In this document: positions 1-13,130 of the stretch, piece by piece | How the letters are laid out: every line of letters starts with the position of its first letter | How positions within the stretch are numbered: the stretch's first letter is position 1 | Assembly (NCBI GenBank): GCA_036172245.1 | Contig: JAYWIR010000010.1 | Span: forward strand, 806,001 to 870,000 | Length of the DNA stretch: 64,000 bases | Origin: Raillietiella orientalis | Lineage: Eukaryota | Reading direction: 5' to 3' | Translations under genes and position numbers: made by a program | The notes under the pieces: generated by a model | Databases searched by the model: none | Told to the model about the DNA's origin: nothing | Seen by the model: only the letters and a program-made list of their open reading frames with translations

Positions 1-1718
1 ACAAAAAATCAAAACATGGTGCATGCTGAGTGCGGGGGATGACTTTCTTGCCCAATTCTACCCATCGCCACGATGGAATGTGACCTTGATTATCACCTAA
101 ATGGGTGATCTGAAATACCTCACAATACAGCCACAAAGTGAATTACCAATTTCTCTGTGAATTCATTCAAATGAAAGCTGATAGGTCCCGAACTAATCGA
201 CTGTGCATGGATCCGAGATCGAGTGGCACATAACAAAATATACTGTGAATCCAGAGCAGCTTCCCGTGGATTGACAACTGTGATTGCATGTACAACTTTG
301 AAGACTTTGTAAATTAAAAATCAAACCTTCAACAAGATCAAATACTTTATCTGCTTGTTGCAATGCTTGGTGGATTTCATCGATATCCTTCACGCTACCT
401 CCAACATTTTGTTCTTCTACTGAATCAGTTGAACCACTTATATGTATGCTGTGTACTCACTTTCGAGGTCTAAAATCATATCTCTGTATTTTTGTCTCAT
501 CTGGCAGAACAGATGCTCAGCATCAGAACCTGGTAGATTTTGCATTTTCAGATTTTCCCAGAGCTATCCCAAAGCTGGATCTGTTAAGGTTTACTTGATT
601 TTTTTTGGGGTACTTTTGTTTCCAAGCATATTTTGGAACAGTGTTCAGTTAAGCCTTGTTCTCAAGTTTCCATTCAATGTTTTTAAAAGCTTCGACTTTT
701 TACCATATGAAGCAACGTGCGATTCAGAACACTAATATTCCATATTAAGGAAACAATTAAATGCTTTCATTGCAGTTCAGGTAAGTTTGTGGACGAGCTT
801 AACATCACAATTTGTGCAACGATAGCTACCTTAATATTGAGGGTTGACTGCCAAATTAAAATAAAAGGGAGCTATGCAGATGAAATTCAAAATGCTCAAC
901 ATGGTGGCATCCAATATTGTCCAGACGTTGTCCATTAATAAGTGAACCGCGTTACACGCTTTATTTCAACTCAAAAATGAACACTGGAAGATTCACAATT
1001 GGCACGGACCTTTTCTCCACTTTAGCAAAGTAAGGTGTTATTGAACTACAAAAACGTTTTCTTTCTTTGGTAAGTATAGCCTCATCATTCGAATGCATAT
1101 GAATAACGCTTAAAGTTATCGCTTTCCGCCTTTTGCAACAGCATAGCCGCTTCTGTTCAGATTCTTCTGAATCTAAAAATCCAGCTTATATCCAACACAT
1201 TTGTTCGCGTTTAAAGTTTTTTAAAATGATAACCATATATTAAATGTTAAAAACAAGAAAATTTTTCCATTCTGAAAATAGGTCATCATGCATAGATCGA
1301 TGGTTTATGAGATTCCTAATTTCGAGTTGAATATGCTAATAACCATGATTCACAATGATTATGAAATGGTACACAGTTTTGTGAATTCTATTGAAATAGC
1401 ATGACTTTCGACACTGTTTTTACAAGTCATAACACCTCCTTCAATATGGAGTGCTTTAAATTCAACAAAATCATTGCATGTCCGCAGTTAATTTTTCAGT
1501 GAGCAAACGTAGACTAGTGCTTGAAATATGCATGCACTTTTGATATATGTATTGATGCATTTAATTCGTAGATTTTCTGCAGTTTTATTGTTCCATAACA
1601 TGAACTGGTTGTTTGTAATTCTCATTACATTAATGTAATGAGAATTACAAACTTCAGAAAGTACGAAAGATAGTGAAGCATTCTGTGAAAACTTTGCAAT
1701 CTGTGGAATCTTTCCACT

Positions 1719-3371
1719 CTAAAACGAGTGAACAATGAACTGCGAGTACATCCATGGAATTTTATCCATTACTCGTGAAAAAATGCCATCTTCCCAGCTC
1801 TTTGTGGTCGGGACTGTTTTCTTTGACCAATGGCATAACAAAATTGCCTTAAATTTGTGGAGCAAGTCATGAGTTACTTCTGAAATTGTTATCAAATTGA
1901 AAAAGTTGACTTCATTTTTAAAACAACAGCCTACATTTACTTTGCACTTATACAGTGAGTCTCCCGGGAGGAAAAAAAAGAAAAAGAAACGGAATATATT
2001 CAACTAAAGCATTTCATAAGCCATGCAATGTTAAAAAATGTCCTTAGAAAAGTCGATTTCCGAAACAAAGCTTTATTATTATAATTATCCAGAACTTCTG
2101 CTTTTGGATTCTTAAATAAATAACCGGGAGGAAATTCAACTTGGAACACAGGAAAAAAGAGAAACAGATCAGTAGTCTGACATACAGAATAGTCCAAGCT
2201 GAAAAAAGCGGTTTAGTGCTTTTCTCGTAATCAGCTGTCTATAAGTGTTCAAAAAATGCACACTATGACATAGATGATTAGAGTGTTAGAAAAACATGCC
2301 CAATAACTGTCTTGTTCGGATTTGTTAGGGCTTTAGGCCATTGAAAATCATTAATATGGACTTCATACAATATGGATATCAACTATGTTTCTTGATAATA
2401 TTAGATAACTAGCGAATTCGAAATTATCTAAGGCCATTCATTGGACACAATCTATTGTGTAAATAGCGCAGCATAATAATGTATTAATCCTAAAGAATCC
2501 TCATCGGGATTTCCCAAACTAAATTTCTGAATTTCAAGAAGTATGAACAAATCTGTTCTCAATATTAGTAAGTGATATTAATGACCTGGCATTAGCAAAC
2601 TGGACCATCTTTTTTCCTAAGATGGAAAGCAGTCAACGGAAAACACAGCGGATGCAAAAAAAAGCAAGCAAATGGCATCATCAAGAAAATGTGCATTAGT
2701 GATTCGTGTTTAAATAGATAAGGAGCATTTTTTCGGCTTAAGACAGCTTAGATATCAGTTATTGTATTTAGTCTGCGTTTGGAGAACATATGCACCTAAT
2801 TTAACCCAAGGTATCAGTAAGGGAAGGAAAGAAACGAGTCGACAGGAGATGGTGCTTATGTACATCATACGAATATATTAAGCAAAATGCATCCAAAATA
2901 GTTGATGCAACTGTGTAAACAAATGGAAATTGAATGAGATGGCATTTGGTGAAACAAACTGGTCTGAGAAATAGACTTCTAGTAACACTCCGGCTCTCTT
3001 AACGTATTGAATGAAAATATGAAGGAATGACCATTATGTTCTACAAACTGGTTCTACATGTGGGCACATGACGAATCGTGCCTCCTTCCTCGTTCCGTAT
3101 CTGTAATCAATTCCAAACTATTTTCTTTAGTGAGCTCACCTTCACTGGCTAGATTTGATCTTTGATCCATTTTTATCACATCCATTTTGGTTGAAAACAC
3201 AAGGACGTCTCTGTGCACATTGTGTTCTTCTTCAGTCGCCTTGTGATGACCCGTATTTCCATAATAAGTGGTCAATATACGATTGCAAAGATCCTCTGCT
3301 ACCAGCGGCAGTTGAGGTATTCGTAAGTGCCACTGTGCCAATTTTAAAAGCGTGCATCCTTTTTTTGTTTT
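1719..3371 (-). mobile_element. Decayed pogo-like (Tc1/mariner superfamily) transposase remnant
   Basis: Colinear minus-strand fragments: RILTTYYGNTGHHKATEEEHNVHR (~3290-3210) resembles Brinker/pogo DNA-binding domain (QVLESY..GNQRATARKYNIHR); VEFPPGYLFKNPKA..D (~2140-2090) and HKFKAILLCHW..MDKIP..IVHSF (~1860-1720) resemble DDE_1 segments. Stops and frameshifts present; no TIRs found. Confidence 0.4.
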
Positions 3372-3636
3372 CTGAAATGGGTTGAATTTCCAAGTTGGTG
3401 GTGGTTCGCAACCTCAAAAGTCTGCTGTGAATTTATACGAAAGTTTTTTCGCTCCTTGGGGATTTGCGATCTCTCTCACATCCATCCATCTGCTTGATTT
3501 GGGAAAAAAAAATTTTTTTCGTTGTAAATTCCATAGGGCTGCTTACATGAAGTCGCGGGTAGGAATTTCGGAAATCGAGCATCAGTAATCGAATTTACTG
3601 ATTCACACTTTTTCTGCGTCGTGAAAAACAGCAACC

Positions 3637-3655
3637 GGGGGGGGGGGGGGGGGGG
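3637..3655 (+). repeat. Poly-G run (G19)
   Basis: Directly visible; lies at the edge of the AT-rich block. Confidence 0.95.
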
Positions 3656-5559
3656 AAAGAGCTTTCGATGTGTGTGCTGCTCTGCCACTTTCCTGGTTTT
3701 GGAATGTCTTTTGCTTACGGTTCCATACGAGTGGATCACTCCATTTGACCAGAACGAAGCGCCAATTACTGTGGAGATTGTAGAAGGGTTTCCGAAAACA
3801 AACTCCATGTTTGATCTATGGGTTCATTTTGCTAAACTTCTGCTTATTTTTCTGCTTCCTTTCTGCACAAGAAATCCGAAATTCCTCCCAGCTTACCTTC
3901 TTCTTCTTCTTCTGATGTGGCCTCATCGCTTGCATCTTTCATTCGGGATGAATTTGTGATGCAGATTATTCACGATTGTGGATGCAGCATCCAATGTGTT
4001 TTCGTTTCCGCTTGGTTGTTTGTGATCAGCTTAGTTCAGGAACTTTCGCGTTGGTTTTTCATATTCCCGAGATTGCCTATTGGGCATTTTTTCTGGGTCA
4101 ATGCTTTTCAGTGATGCAAACAGCCAATGGTGATACCTGAGGGCAGGAAACCGGCGGTCCATCTCTGAGATTTATGCGAGATTCGCCGATCACTGATTTA
4201 CGCGCCAATGCCCTCGAAGAATTCATCTGATTTTCCCTGCCTGCATCTCTCCTTTTGCAAATATAACACTCCTGCTCGAGTGTCACAGCGGGTCAGCAAA
4301 AAAAGGCATAGGAAAGAAACTTGAAGAGCCGTGTTTCATTTTTCTCTGCCCTGTTCGACCCTTCCCGTTTCAGCCTTAGCAAAAAATCGAAAAACGAAAA
4401 TCGGAAGTGATCCTATATTGACATGGACGGCTTCCTGGAAAGAGCACGAGTCCAAAACGACGTGAGATCTTGCACACATGTGCCATCCGGAGACTGTGAC
4501 TTTGAAGAAGATGAAGAATGTGACTTTCCAAGTGACATGTCGACGATTCGTCGAGACCGCTCTTCTTCGTTTGTGTGAACATAAACTTTGCAAGCTTCCA
4601 GTTCTGGAACAGACGTACAAGAGGATGCAAGCAGGAACAAAGCAAAGAGCAGTTCGGGAATGCAGGGAGTCAAGCGGGAAACGAGCAGATACAGCGTTTC
4701 GTAGGAAGATTTATGAGAGCACCACGAGGGGAAGGAAGGCATGGAAACAGTCGGCTTCCTTGCTTGGAAAGCTTGGAATTCACACTGATGCTGGGAGGAA
4801 AGGGAACACTGCGGAAGGGATACAGGGATTATCGCCGATTACGGAGGATGCGATAATTTGCACCCAGCCTCATCGGTCTGGGAGAAGATGCTGGTGGAGG
4901 ACGTTGAAGTTGCAGTGTTCGGAAAGGGAAATGCCACGTCGTAATGAAGATGCGCAGACCGTGCAAAGATCATTCCTGGATACGCACATACACCCTGGCA
5001 ACTGTGATGTGAAATAATGAAACAAATGCATTGGATTGCAAAGCCAAGAAGAAATGGACATCAAGATTTTTTGCACCTCCTGTCGGAAAGGGGTTAAGCG
5101 TGAGTCCTTCTAAGAGGGGATCCTGAAACTCTGAGAGTTCTGCTGAATGGATGATGACGAACTGGAGAAAAAGGCGCTGTATAGAAACTGTGATAGAAAC
5201 AGAGGGAAAAGAAGTGACCTTGCTTATTTGCGAATGCGATTCGAATGAAGAAGGGTCAGTGACAAGTTCGATGATGCGGTGCAATACGCGAAATGAGTAC
5301 TTGAAACGACAGCAAAAGACAAACATCGCATAACTGCAGGATTACAGGAAATCACGTTCGGTGATGACCTCACGACGATGCACCACGCACAGAAGGGTAA
5401 GCAATCGAAGGGTGAAAGCGTCCCGAACTTCCTACAAGTCGAGTTTTTCGAGTTTTCAGCGTCTGGCGGTTTGCGAAGGATGCGGGCCGTGCCGCGGGCA
5501 GCCTCTGCGCCTTTGCTGGATCCCTGCTGCGATCAGACCAACGGGATGCTCATTTTGCC

Positions 5560-5920
5560 ATATATATACTTTGTCGCAACAAGGATCGCCAGACCACCAC
5601 GACGCCCACCCATCTGGTGATTCGACAGATAATACAATGGGGCTGCCGGATTTCGAACTTGACACCTTCCTCTTCGCGACGAGAATGCACCAGCCTGGAT
5701 GCCAAGTATTCCTGTTGCCAGGAGGCATTTCGAGAACAGAGCTGCAGAATTTACCCGCAGGCGAACGTGCAGCAAAGGGACAACGCGCCCTACCTTTGTC
5801 CTTAGCGAAGGTAGGGTGACGAGGCACAACGCAAAGAACACCGGGGTTCGCGTCAGGATGTGCAAGGACGATGGCACGAAGGATTTCTCGGGAAAAGAGC
5901 AAGCGCTGCTGCATCCCACG
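5560..5920 (+). mobile_element. BEL/Pao LTR-retrotransposon gag remnant
   Basis: Frameshifted fragments LPDFELDTFLFATR, SCCQEAFREQSCRIY..NVQQR..YLC and HNAKN..MC..EQALLHP follow the BEL/Pao gag pattern (LPT..L..FL..R, then zinc knuckles ending H..LLH). Confidence 0.45.
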
Positions 5921-7799
5921 TTAAAGGGTGTGCTTGCGCCAGGAACGGGGGAAGAAATGACCCAAGGGACTCCTTGTTGGAGATGGTTCAGCTGACGCTC
6001 ATCTTCAGCAAGCGGCAGGGAGACGTAAGGAGCGTAGGGGGAAGCGGGTCTTTGCTTGTTTGTTTTTTGGCCACAATGGGATCGCGACCTCCACTTCTTT
6101 ATCGAGAAGCGAAAGGGTCAAAAAGGGCTGTCAAAAAGTCAGGTCCAGGGCGTGCTGTCAGCAGCAGGTGCCTTGGCGAAAGTGCAGTCCTTTTCATCTC
6201 CGAGATCGTCCTGTTCTCCCTGCGGAAGTGAGTGCCGTCTCCTGGTGGGTGCCGTCGTCTCCTTCTTTCTTCTTCTGCCCAATGAAACCCGACTCGGCCG
6301 CCATTTCGCTCGCGCGCACAGTTCGACTTGTCGGCAACGCGGACGGGCTCGGAATGGAGAGCAAGCTTTTTGTCCCCCCTCTTGTTTCGCTAACCACTTG
6401 CTAGGTAATTTCTTCCCGAAATCACTGCGGAGCAGCTTGGACTCTCCCCGATCCCGGGGATGCGGCGCAAGAGCTGCTGCTGCTGCTGCTCTCCGCGGCT
6501 ATCCGATGCGATTCACGTAATTGCGGGGCGATTTTCTCCTTCATCCGAGCGTGCCATTCTTTTCACTCGCGCCTGTTGGCGTAGTCCATCGGGGGGGGAG
6601 GGGGGGACTCTCCGTTGAAAAGTCACGTGTCAATTATCCTTTCGGGAAAACGCTTTTCTTTTTCGAAATCAGCACTTTCGACGACGAATCATCGGTTCTT
6701 CGCCTACGTGATTTCCTGATTCTGTTAACGAATGTCATTATTCCGGTCCACACTTCCCAGAAGAGAGGAGGAGCAGGGAGCTTTTTCTCCTTTTTTTTTT
6801 TTTTTTTTTCAATTTTCGGGAGCAAATCGACTGTTCCGACGGACCGTTTCCCCGAGGCAGGCTGAGGGATGACACCGGCCAGCATTCCGCCGGTGCCAGA
6901 GGACAGAGGAGCAGGAACGTTCCGGGATGATTTCGTCGGTGTTCATCGAGTGTGCGTGCGTGCGTGTGCGCGCGCGCGTATGTTAAAATGAAGGCCACTC
7001 GAGTTAGCAGCAGTGGACAGTCCATTTTTTTTTTCTTTTTTTTTGTTAGGATCACAAGGGGAAGTTTTCCGTCCGTTTCGTTACCGTTCGAGCCGTTCGC
7101 GTGAGCATCCCGTGTGGAGAGCACGATTTCCCTCGAGCGAAGGGAGGGGGAGGATCAATCCAGGGTGCTCTTGGGGTAACGAGTTCTGGACCGAAACCCC
7201 GTTTGGAATGAAGGCGGCGGTCCGGCGAGCCGCGGCTGCTCCGCTTGTTTCGCTCCGCTGCCGGAAACGCTGGACCGGAAACGCAAGGGTCGGTCGGGCG
7301 CCCACGTCCACACGAGGGCGTGGGCGGTGTGGGAGCCGAAGCGAACGCCGCTCCTTCTTTGCTCGGTGGTTGTTCCAGGTCTCCTGCATTCCTCTTTGCT
7401 CCGTTCCCTTTCCTTTCCTTCTTATCGTACTTTGCATCGTGCTCCACAAGAGGATCATGAGGGTTCGGAACGCATCTTCTCTCGAAACGCTGCGGATGAA
7501 GCTGACGAGAACTTTCAAAGGCTCCAAGATTCACCAAGCTGATCTTCCAAGATAGCGGCAAACCACCTATTTCTTCTCTATTACGGCAGCTTCATGCTTC
7601 ACGGGAAACAAAACGTAAAACAACAGTGCAACCGAACAAACGCTTCCTGCCCCGCCCCCTTACCCCAAAACTGGCACACCAACCTCCCTTGCCGCACCAA
7701 CCTCCCAGCTCTGCCCTCCCTGAGGAAACGCATGGACAGCAGTCTTCTGGTTAGTTGGGAGGTTGGTCTCCGTGGAAACCTCCGAAAGAAGGGAAGAGA

Positions 7800-8540
7800 T
7801 CTGGGCGAATGGACGGCGGTTCAGCTAACGGACGCTGCGACCCCGAGGGTCCCACCGCGAGGACTTCTGCCCTGTGGCGAGCTGCTGGATATTCCGCTGG
7901 AAAATCTGCAGTGGCTCCCAGTGCTTTTAGGCACTCCCTCCTTCCCTTTGAAGCGGCAGGAGTCTGCGTTAAGTGCTGGGGTGCCCCGTGCAACGGCCGC
8001 CAGTATCACTGGACATGGGTGTGAGTGGGTCCGAACTGTGGCAGGTGAGGGGAGAGCGAATCCCTCCCGCACCTGCTTGCGGATAGGGTTGCCCTCTGGC
8101 TCCTCTGGGAAAAACGCCTCGCGACGACCCTAGGAACCCCCGGCGGCAACTCCAGGGACTCTCTGAGACCCCTCCTCGTTCGCGAGCTGCCGGCAGCCTA
8201 GCCAGCAGCTCTCTGCTGCCTACGTAGGATTATGGACTTCTTGGAGCGACTCTGGGGAAGGACCGAGAGACAGGGGTGCCACATCCATTTGCCGTCCGAT
8301 TCATGAGGATGGCAACGAGATGGCCCCACTTGAACAACTTCATGCAAAAAGAGCTTGCCGGCATCTTTCAAAGGATGCTGACCACCACTGCCAGCAGGAT
8401 GTGATCCCTTCCCTCACCCTCCCTTCCCCTAAATTTATTTTTTTATCTTTGTTTCCTTTGCTTTTTGTTTGCCCCCTCCCCTCTGCTGCCGAGGCGAACT
8501 GCAACGGTCTGCGAGGCGGTAACCCGGCAGGTTCTCAGCA
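7800..8540 (+). mobile_element. L1/Tx1-like LINE 3' fragment (copy 1)
   Basis: DAATPRVPPRGLL..PSFPLKRQ, PNCGR*GESESLPHLL, ALCCLRRIM, VRFMRMATR align with the copies at 17.8-18.9, 19.3-19.8 and 55 kb; followed by a T-rich tract. Confidence 0.7.
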
Positions 8541-8949
8541 AAAGGATGTGGCTGGACTACCAGTCACATCCTTTGGAGTCCCGGGTGGCCACTTTGCAAC
8601 TGCGCTCGGAAGAACTTGGTCCGCTGAGGAATCTCCAATGCGAACGCTGGGAGAAATCCTGCAGGACTGGACGCAGAGGTCCCTAATGGCTGCCTCGCCT
8701 TTCGACCCCAGCACTGTCTGTGCTCGAGGCAAACGACGGCAGTGTCCAACCGGCGGGATGGTAGATCTGCGAAACTGCGGGAGTCGACAAACTCCTTCAC
8801 GGGCTGCAAAGACGAGCGAGTGGAAGATGGCATTCCTCGTTACCAGGCAAAGGTCCACCATGGCCATGGACCTTTAATTAAAAAGTAAACATACATGTGT
8901 AGGACCATCGGGGCCCTACATTGTCCGAAAATGCCTAAACAAAAACAAA

Positions 8950-9950
8950 TGCTCGGAACCTTCCGAGTAACCGGCACGCAGGCCGGAGAGGTTCGCCTTA
9001 GCAGCGGAGGGGGGAGGGGGAGGGATAAACAAAACTAAAAATAAAACAAAAATATACGGAAAAAAATTGGAAGGGTTAGGGAAGGGATCATCGGGAGCTG
9101 GAAGGTGTTCTTTGCATCCTTTCCGGGATGCCAGCAAGTTCCATCCGAGTGTGTCCCAGGTGGGGCATCTTGCTGCTGTCCTCATAAAGCTCAGGGGGAA
9201 GGGCAGATGGCATCCTCATCGCACCGTCCTCCTCCCGCATAGCACCATGCAGCCACAATCCCTTGTAGGCAGCAAAGAGCTGCTAGAGTTGCCGCAGGCG
9301 AAAGGGCATCGCTCAAGAAGAGGCGCTTCATGTCCCTGGGATTGTCCGTCGGTGCGCCACTGGCCGTTGCGTAACGCAACCACAGGGGCCGGAGGGCAAC
9401 ACAATGTACAAGCAGGTGCGGGAGGGATTCCAGTTTTTGGCAACTTCAGCACTCAGCGGCTCGCTCGGTGTACCACCCGAGGGACTCGTGGTCTTATTCC
9501 TTGTGTGCGGGCACCTCCATGTTCCCATTAAGGTGAAAACGGGATGTCCTGCCGTTCTGCGCTAGGGGGATTCCAGTGCAACAACGCAGGCGCCCGGTTT
9601 CCAAGGGGAGCTGCCTATCCGAACTGTTCCAGGAAGTGCAGGGCGATAGGATCGTTCCCGCACCTCTCCTGTTAGCACCACAGCGCCCTGGAGGACATGT
9701 GGAGACGGTGACTCGCTCCATCGGCCACAGAACCGCCCACCCCCCGCTTTGCACCTGCTGTAGCGCTCCTTCATACAAGGCGGGCTTGCCGTGATGACAA
9801 CGTGCCGTGGTGGCAGCCTGCCGGGCGCTGGAGCCTCGTTAGCAGCAAAGGGAGGCCACCAGTATGGCAGCCTCCTTCATGAGGACGGCTGAAAGGTGGC
9901 CTCACCTGCCAGAAGAGGTCATCAGGGAGGTGGTTACTGTCCAGAGCCTC
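8950..9950 (-). mobile_element. L1/Tx1-like LINE 3' fragment (copy 2, tail-to-tail with copy 1)
   Basis: MKRLFLSDALSPAATLAALCCLQGIVAAW (9191-9379) matches RRLFVRDALPPASVPEALCCLRGIMAAW at 19435; shares the 3' motif ccctcc..gctgc..aggcgaac..ctgcg..cggt with 8473-8535. Confidence 0.7.
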
Positions 9951-12900
9951 TCCTAGAAAGCAAGGGACGAACAGAACAAAGACCTCTGTCCCTACCTCCC
10001 CTCCCGCCTTTTTTTTTTTTTTTTTCTTATTTCTCGTCCCCTCCCGTTCTCTAATTTTTTTAGGAGCCGGCCTGAGCGCCAGTGCTCCCCAATGAGCCTT
10101 TTGTTTTTCTTTGGCATTTCTTGTATCGAGGGGACAGTGTCCTCCTCTGACTTGTGGTTTCTGTTTTTGAATAAACGCCCGGGATCACCGAGTTCAAAAC
10201 CAAACAAATGTCCAGTCCGAAAGCTCGGATTCCTCGGACCAGGAGCTCCATCTGAGGACGGCACCAGTGAGTGTGGTAGGTCCTCAAGAGACGTCAACTA
10301 AGGCGGAGTGGTTTTACGGCGTCTGTCTGATCGGTGTGCCCTCGGCAGAATTGCCATGACGTAAGGGTTCATTCTGGCAACCGATTTCTCAAGGGGCGAA
10401 CCACTGTCCGATTCGGATCAGCGTTTTCGAGCGCACTGGTTCTCCCTACACTTTGCTGGTGACTGAACACGAGAAGAACCCGACTTGTCTCGACGGTGAG
10501 AGGCCAGCAGCTGCTTCCAGGAAGAAGCTGAAGAACGACCCCTGAAGAGGAATCATCGAAACCCCAAAGGAATAAAGCGCAGGTGGCCATTAACATTCCA
10601 GGTACAAATGCCTCACGTCCTCGGTGGCTCAGAATTTCGCTCCTTGCCGCTACCGCTGCCGCCACGGACGCGGCAAACTCGGACCCGGTCGCCAACCTGC
10701 AGGTTTCTGCTTCCGCACCCCTTCAGTCATTCTACGGGAGGAAGTGGCTGAGCGGCCTTAGATCCAGCCCGTAACCTCGCCCACGCGCGTGAAGAACGGG
10801 TGGCGCTGCCTCGTCCGTGGGCAGACGAGGTGCGCGTGCAATCTTCACCGGACTGCCGAAAACGGGAGCGCCCTTCCGACTGGAGGCGGGGGTTCCGCGT
10901 TTCCCACTCGTGCTGTCACGCAGGAATCCCCTGCGGCACGTGCAGAAAATCTTTCGCGACTCGCGAAGCGTCGAGAAAGTTCCGGAACACCCCCCTTTCT
11001 CCCCCTCACTCGTGCCTCTTTCGCGATACGTTCACCGAATCCTTTCGGGCACGGTTGCTGCTGGAGATTCATCCGCCATGGTCAGCATTCGGGATGTGCT
11101 TCATGGAATCGAATCTGAACGAGGGTCAGAGAGGGCAGCTTGCTCGAGGACACGGCCTGTAGCCGGAGAAACCTGCAGCATCTGAAGAACCGGCTGCTTC
11201 GAAAGCGGGAAGGACGAAACAGAAAAGAAATGTCATCCTGCTTAGAGGATCGATTTGAACGCGTGGGGATCGCTGCGCACAACTGTCACATCACGAGACG
11301 TGAAGGATCAATTCAATCGCGCTGTGTCCAATCGCGTTACGGAAGACGGAAGAGGCTGCGGTCCAAATTCGTAAGGATGCTGCGAACGAGTCTTCGAATC
11401 GGAAGGGGGGGGGGTTCCATCTTCATGCAATCCGCTGTCCTAGCCGTCCCTAGTCCGATACTCTCTCTATCCTAGCATGGACCCTGATGCCTCAAATATC
11501 CACGCGTCCCACCCCACGGGCTCTTAATGCGGTCTTCCCCTCTCATCGCGTGAGGTGACAGTCTGGCGACTCATCAAAAAAAATAAAAAAAAAAGCACTA
11601 TTTGTTTCTGGTTTCCTGCGGCACCTGAGCGGGATCGGGAAAGGCTGGCTGGCTCGGGAACTCACCCTCGCGCCAACACGGAAGCGTTCGAGTGCGCTGC
11701 TCACCAAGAACTGCTTGCTAGCCACACGGGGAGGGGCACTTTGGTTTCAGAGATTCGAGCTCTTCGGAATTTCCTACCTTCGAAAACACAGTGGACCCCC
11801 CGTGCGACGCGGAATCACGTGACCCGTGGCGGCAATAGGGCGACGCACCTCGTGTGGCGACGCGCGGATCGGCCCCGTACGAGGTGACGCCATGGACGGA
11901 CTTCGATCTCGCGGTGCAGCTTCGACTCCGCTGTTTCCAAATGGTCATAAACACGCGTCTGGACCGGGTTGAATTCCGTATCGTCCGAGTTTCCGTGAAA
12001 GAGTAGGGCAAAAATGTGCCTTTCGAGAGCGACAACGACAGAGCTGAAATAATCCAATTGCTTCAATTGGTTAATTATAGACGAAGCCCTAAAAGTTTTT
12101 TTCCTTTTTTTCTTCCGCTTTTGCTTGAGAGCGAAATGAATATTCCAGTTTTCTACTGTCGTGGTGTTTTGAGGAGCACTCGATGTAATTTCACAGATTC
12201 CACCGTGGTATCTGTACATAATCCCATAGGGTTCGTATAACGCGGAACGTATCCTCCGCGGCGCTATACGGACGCCCACTGTGCTTAAGATGTTTTCTCT
12301 GTGGCAGCTCTCAGCCACCGGAGAATTCCTCAGGCCTTCTGCGCGCTTCAGCTCCCGAACCTCAGCTGGTGCATTCCTCAGCAGACCAGACTTGCACGCG
12401 TATGCTCTTTTAACTCCGGCATGATCGACAAAAGAGCAGGGATGCTGAGGACACTTCGAGACCCGATGCTGGCAGCCGGGAAACCGCTCGAATCTGCTCG
12501 GAGGAGCTCTCGAAGACTCTGATGGCTGAACGTCAGCTGACCACGGGGATGGGGCGCCGGGCTGACTCACCTAACCCCGACGCAGAGCAAGAGCATCGCG
12601 ACGGTGTGCGTACCAAAAGCTTCGGGCTCGCCGGAGCCGTCGCCGTCGGCGCATATCTCGGTGGTGGTAGCCACACGAGACTCGGAGGGATCCTGAGCTA
12701 AGCTCTGATGCCGGCGAGAGTGGGACCAGCGCGATGCAGGGACTCCGGAAGCGTCTGGAAGTCGGGTGGGAGAGTCGGGGCAAAATCGCCGTTCGAAAGA
12801 GAAGCGTCCGAGATGGCAACCGGGGGGGGGGGGAGGTATAAAGAGAGAGAGAAAGCTTGAAAAGTTGCTGCGCACGTGAAGAGGAAGGTGAGCTCGAGCT

Positions 12901-13009
12901 CGGGGCAGGATTCGACGCAATTTGGCATGGGCACGCCCCGCTGGAGGAATGTCCTGGACCTAAAGACCGCGGCCGCATCCCGCCTTGGACAGCGGCGGGC
13001 GTCCTCCTG

Positions 13010-13130
13010 TCTGACGACCTCCGTTTTCAGGCGGGAGGTTCACCCGCGGGGAGCGTCTCGGCCTCCCGCCAATGCGCAGGAAAGGCGGGAAGATGGAGAG
13101 GGTCTCCGAGCCACGCTACCCTCCGGAGTA
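13010..13130 (+). repeat. Dispersed repeat A, copy 1 (probably LINE-derived)
   Basis: gtctgacgacctccgttttcaggcgggaggttcaccc... is near-identical to the reverse complement of 23005-23122. Confidence 0.85.

Noticed and set aside
193..700. Coding-like minus-strand fragments (KDIDEIHQALQQADKVFDLVEGL; MQNLPGSDAEHLFCQMRQKY)
   Set aside because: No recognisable family, stops between fragments and no consistent splice model.
4400..5350. Purine-rich ORFs with acidic and Cys-containing stretches
   Set aside because: Possibly a decayed gene or TE, but no diagnostic motif.
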